From an archaeon GW2011_AR10 (GTDB lineage Archaea; Iainarchaeota; Iainarchaeia; Iainarchaeales; GW2011-AR10), in assembly GCA_000830275.1 (NCBI GenBank), contig CP010424.1, positions 540,001 to 572,000 of the forward strand: a stretch of DNA of 32,000 nt, written 5' to 3'. A program made the position numbers and the translations under genes. This document shows, in pieces, positions 31,257 to 32,000 of this stretch. The notes below the pieces were generated by a model, which was given only the letters and a program-made list of their open reading frames with translations, did not search any database and was not told the origin of the DNA. The number at the start of each line of letters is the position of its first letter. Positions within the stretch are counted from its first letter, which is position 1.

Positions 31257-32000
31257 TTTTTTGGCCTCCAACGCAGTGCTGAAGCAGTTCCTGAAAGAAC
31301 TGCATGAACCGACTGAAGGTAACTGATTGGGTTGCGCGGAATCATGTAAAGGTAGTCCAAAAAAATTAGTTTTGGCGTATGGAAAAAAATGTTTTTCAGT
31401 AATGCTTTCGGATAAAACTTCCTCTGAAAAATTATTAGGCTGCGCTGGCTGTGAAAAAGGTTGTTGTAATTGCTCATTGCAGTGCTGATTCCCATATGGG
31501 TTACGAGCGCGTCAGGCAAAACATTGAGCTTATAATTGGTTTCTCTCCTTATTCGCTCGCTGAAATCGCAGTCCTCGTATTTCGCGAAATAGTCCTCTGA
31601 AACCAACCCAATCTCCCGAAAAACTTTTTTGCGGATGAACGCAGAGCCAAGGCAGACGTGCTCTGTTTCCTTAACCTCTTTCAAGTCCTCATAGGTGTCA
31701 AATGGAAAACCTGTGTGCAGTACGCCATTGGAAAAATAAATGCCGCCGCTTTTGTTAAGGAACTTGCATCCAAGCACTGCTGTTGAAGGGATTTCCTCCA
31801 AAAAATCAACGTGCTTTTTCAGATAATTTTTGTCAACTATTGTATCTTGGTTAAGGAGGCAGACATATTTTCCTCTCGTCCTCTTTATTCCCCTATTAAC
31901 TGATTTTGCAAAGCCGAGGTTTTCATTATTTTTAACCTGAACAAGTTTTGGGAATTTTTTTAGTAGTGATTCGACTTTGGAATCCTTTGGGTCATCGTTT
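31253..32000 (-). CDS. GT2 glycosyltransferase, 5'-partial (continues beyond the window end)
   Basis: The track ORF 31253..31801 starts at an internal TTG. The same frame stays open to nt 31999 and reads NENLGFAKSVNRGIKRTRGKYVCLLNQDTIV, a classic GT2 core, so the true start lies outside the window. Confidence 0.8.
   Translation of the reverse strand, partial: NDDPKDSKVESLLKKFPKLVQVKNNENLGFAKSVNRGIKRTRGKYVCLLNQDTIVDKNYLKKHVDFLEEIPSTAVLGCKFLNKSGGIYFSNGVLHTGFPFDTYEDLKEVKETEHVCLGSAFIRKKVFREIGLVSEDYFAKYEDCDFSERIRRETNYKLNVLPDALVTHMGISTAMSNYNNLFHSQRSLIIFQRKFYPKALLKNIFFHTPKLIFLDYLYMIPRNPISYLQSVHAVLSGTASALRWRPKK

Noticed and set aside
1-32000. tRNA, rRNA, transposase, integrase, phage or defence-system genes (other than the two VapBC pairs)
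   Set aside because: None was recognisable. The intergenic regions are short apart from 3874-4246, 7475-7693 and 14477-14921, and those lack tRNA-like T-arm/acceptor features. All large ORFs have glycan-biosynthesis or surface-protein signatures.

Overview
This is an AT-rich, very compact 32-kb window. Neighbouring genes often abut or overlap by 1-46 nt, and several need GTG or TTG starts. TATA-like boxes sit about 26-33 nt upstream of first-gene start codons, and Shine-Dalgarno matches are few. That pattern reads like a small archaeal (DPANN-like) genome, but a CPR-type bacterium cannot be excluded from sequence alone. Coding content, left to right: a 5'-partial Cys-rich secreted protein; two VapBC (AbrB antitoxin / PIN toxin) pairs bracketing a sugar-1-phosphate nucleotidyltransferase; a small basic-tailed hypothetical; and a 1075-aa surface protein with a signal peptide, a C-terminal TM anchor and about 15 N-X-S/T sequons. 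About 24 kb of surface-glycan genes follow: a DegT-type aminotransferase, seven GT2 (four of the polyprenyl-phosphate GtrB/ArnC/DPM1 type), three GT4/GT-B, three large GT-C-like membrane proteins, two SDR epimerase/dehydratases, a CE4 deacetylase, a SAM methyltransferase, a Wzx-like flippase, an FAD oxidoreductase and an unassigned 595-aa GT-B-like protein. No rRNA, tRNA, CRISPR array, transposase or integrase was recognised. The most unusual signal is non-coding. At least 11 intergenic hairpins fall into four types, bounded by the palindromic hexamer CTATAG, and occur at four loci (1118-1213, 7541-7627, 14664-14848, 19609-19711). Loops and flanks are conserved, while stems differ between copies by compensatory double substitutions. 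One locus carries all four types back to back inside a 445-bp divergent intergenic region. The second notable point is an Arn-like gene set (aminotransferase, polyprenyl-P GT2, CE4 deacylase, GT-C, SDR) in an organism that probably has no lipid A. Coordinates of non-ORF features were read by eye and may be off by 1-2 nt.
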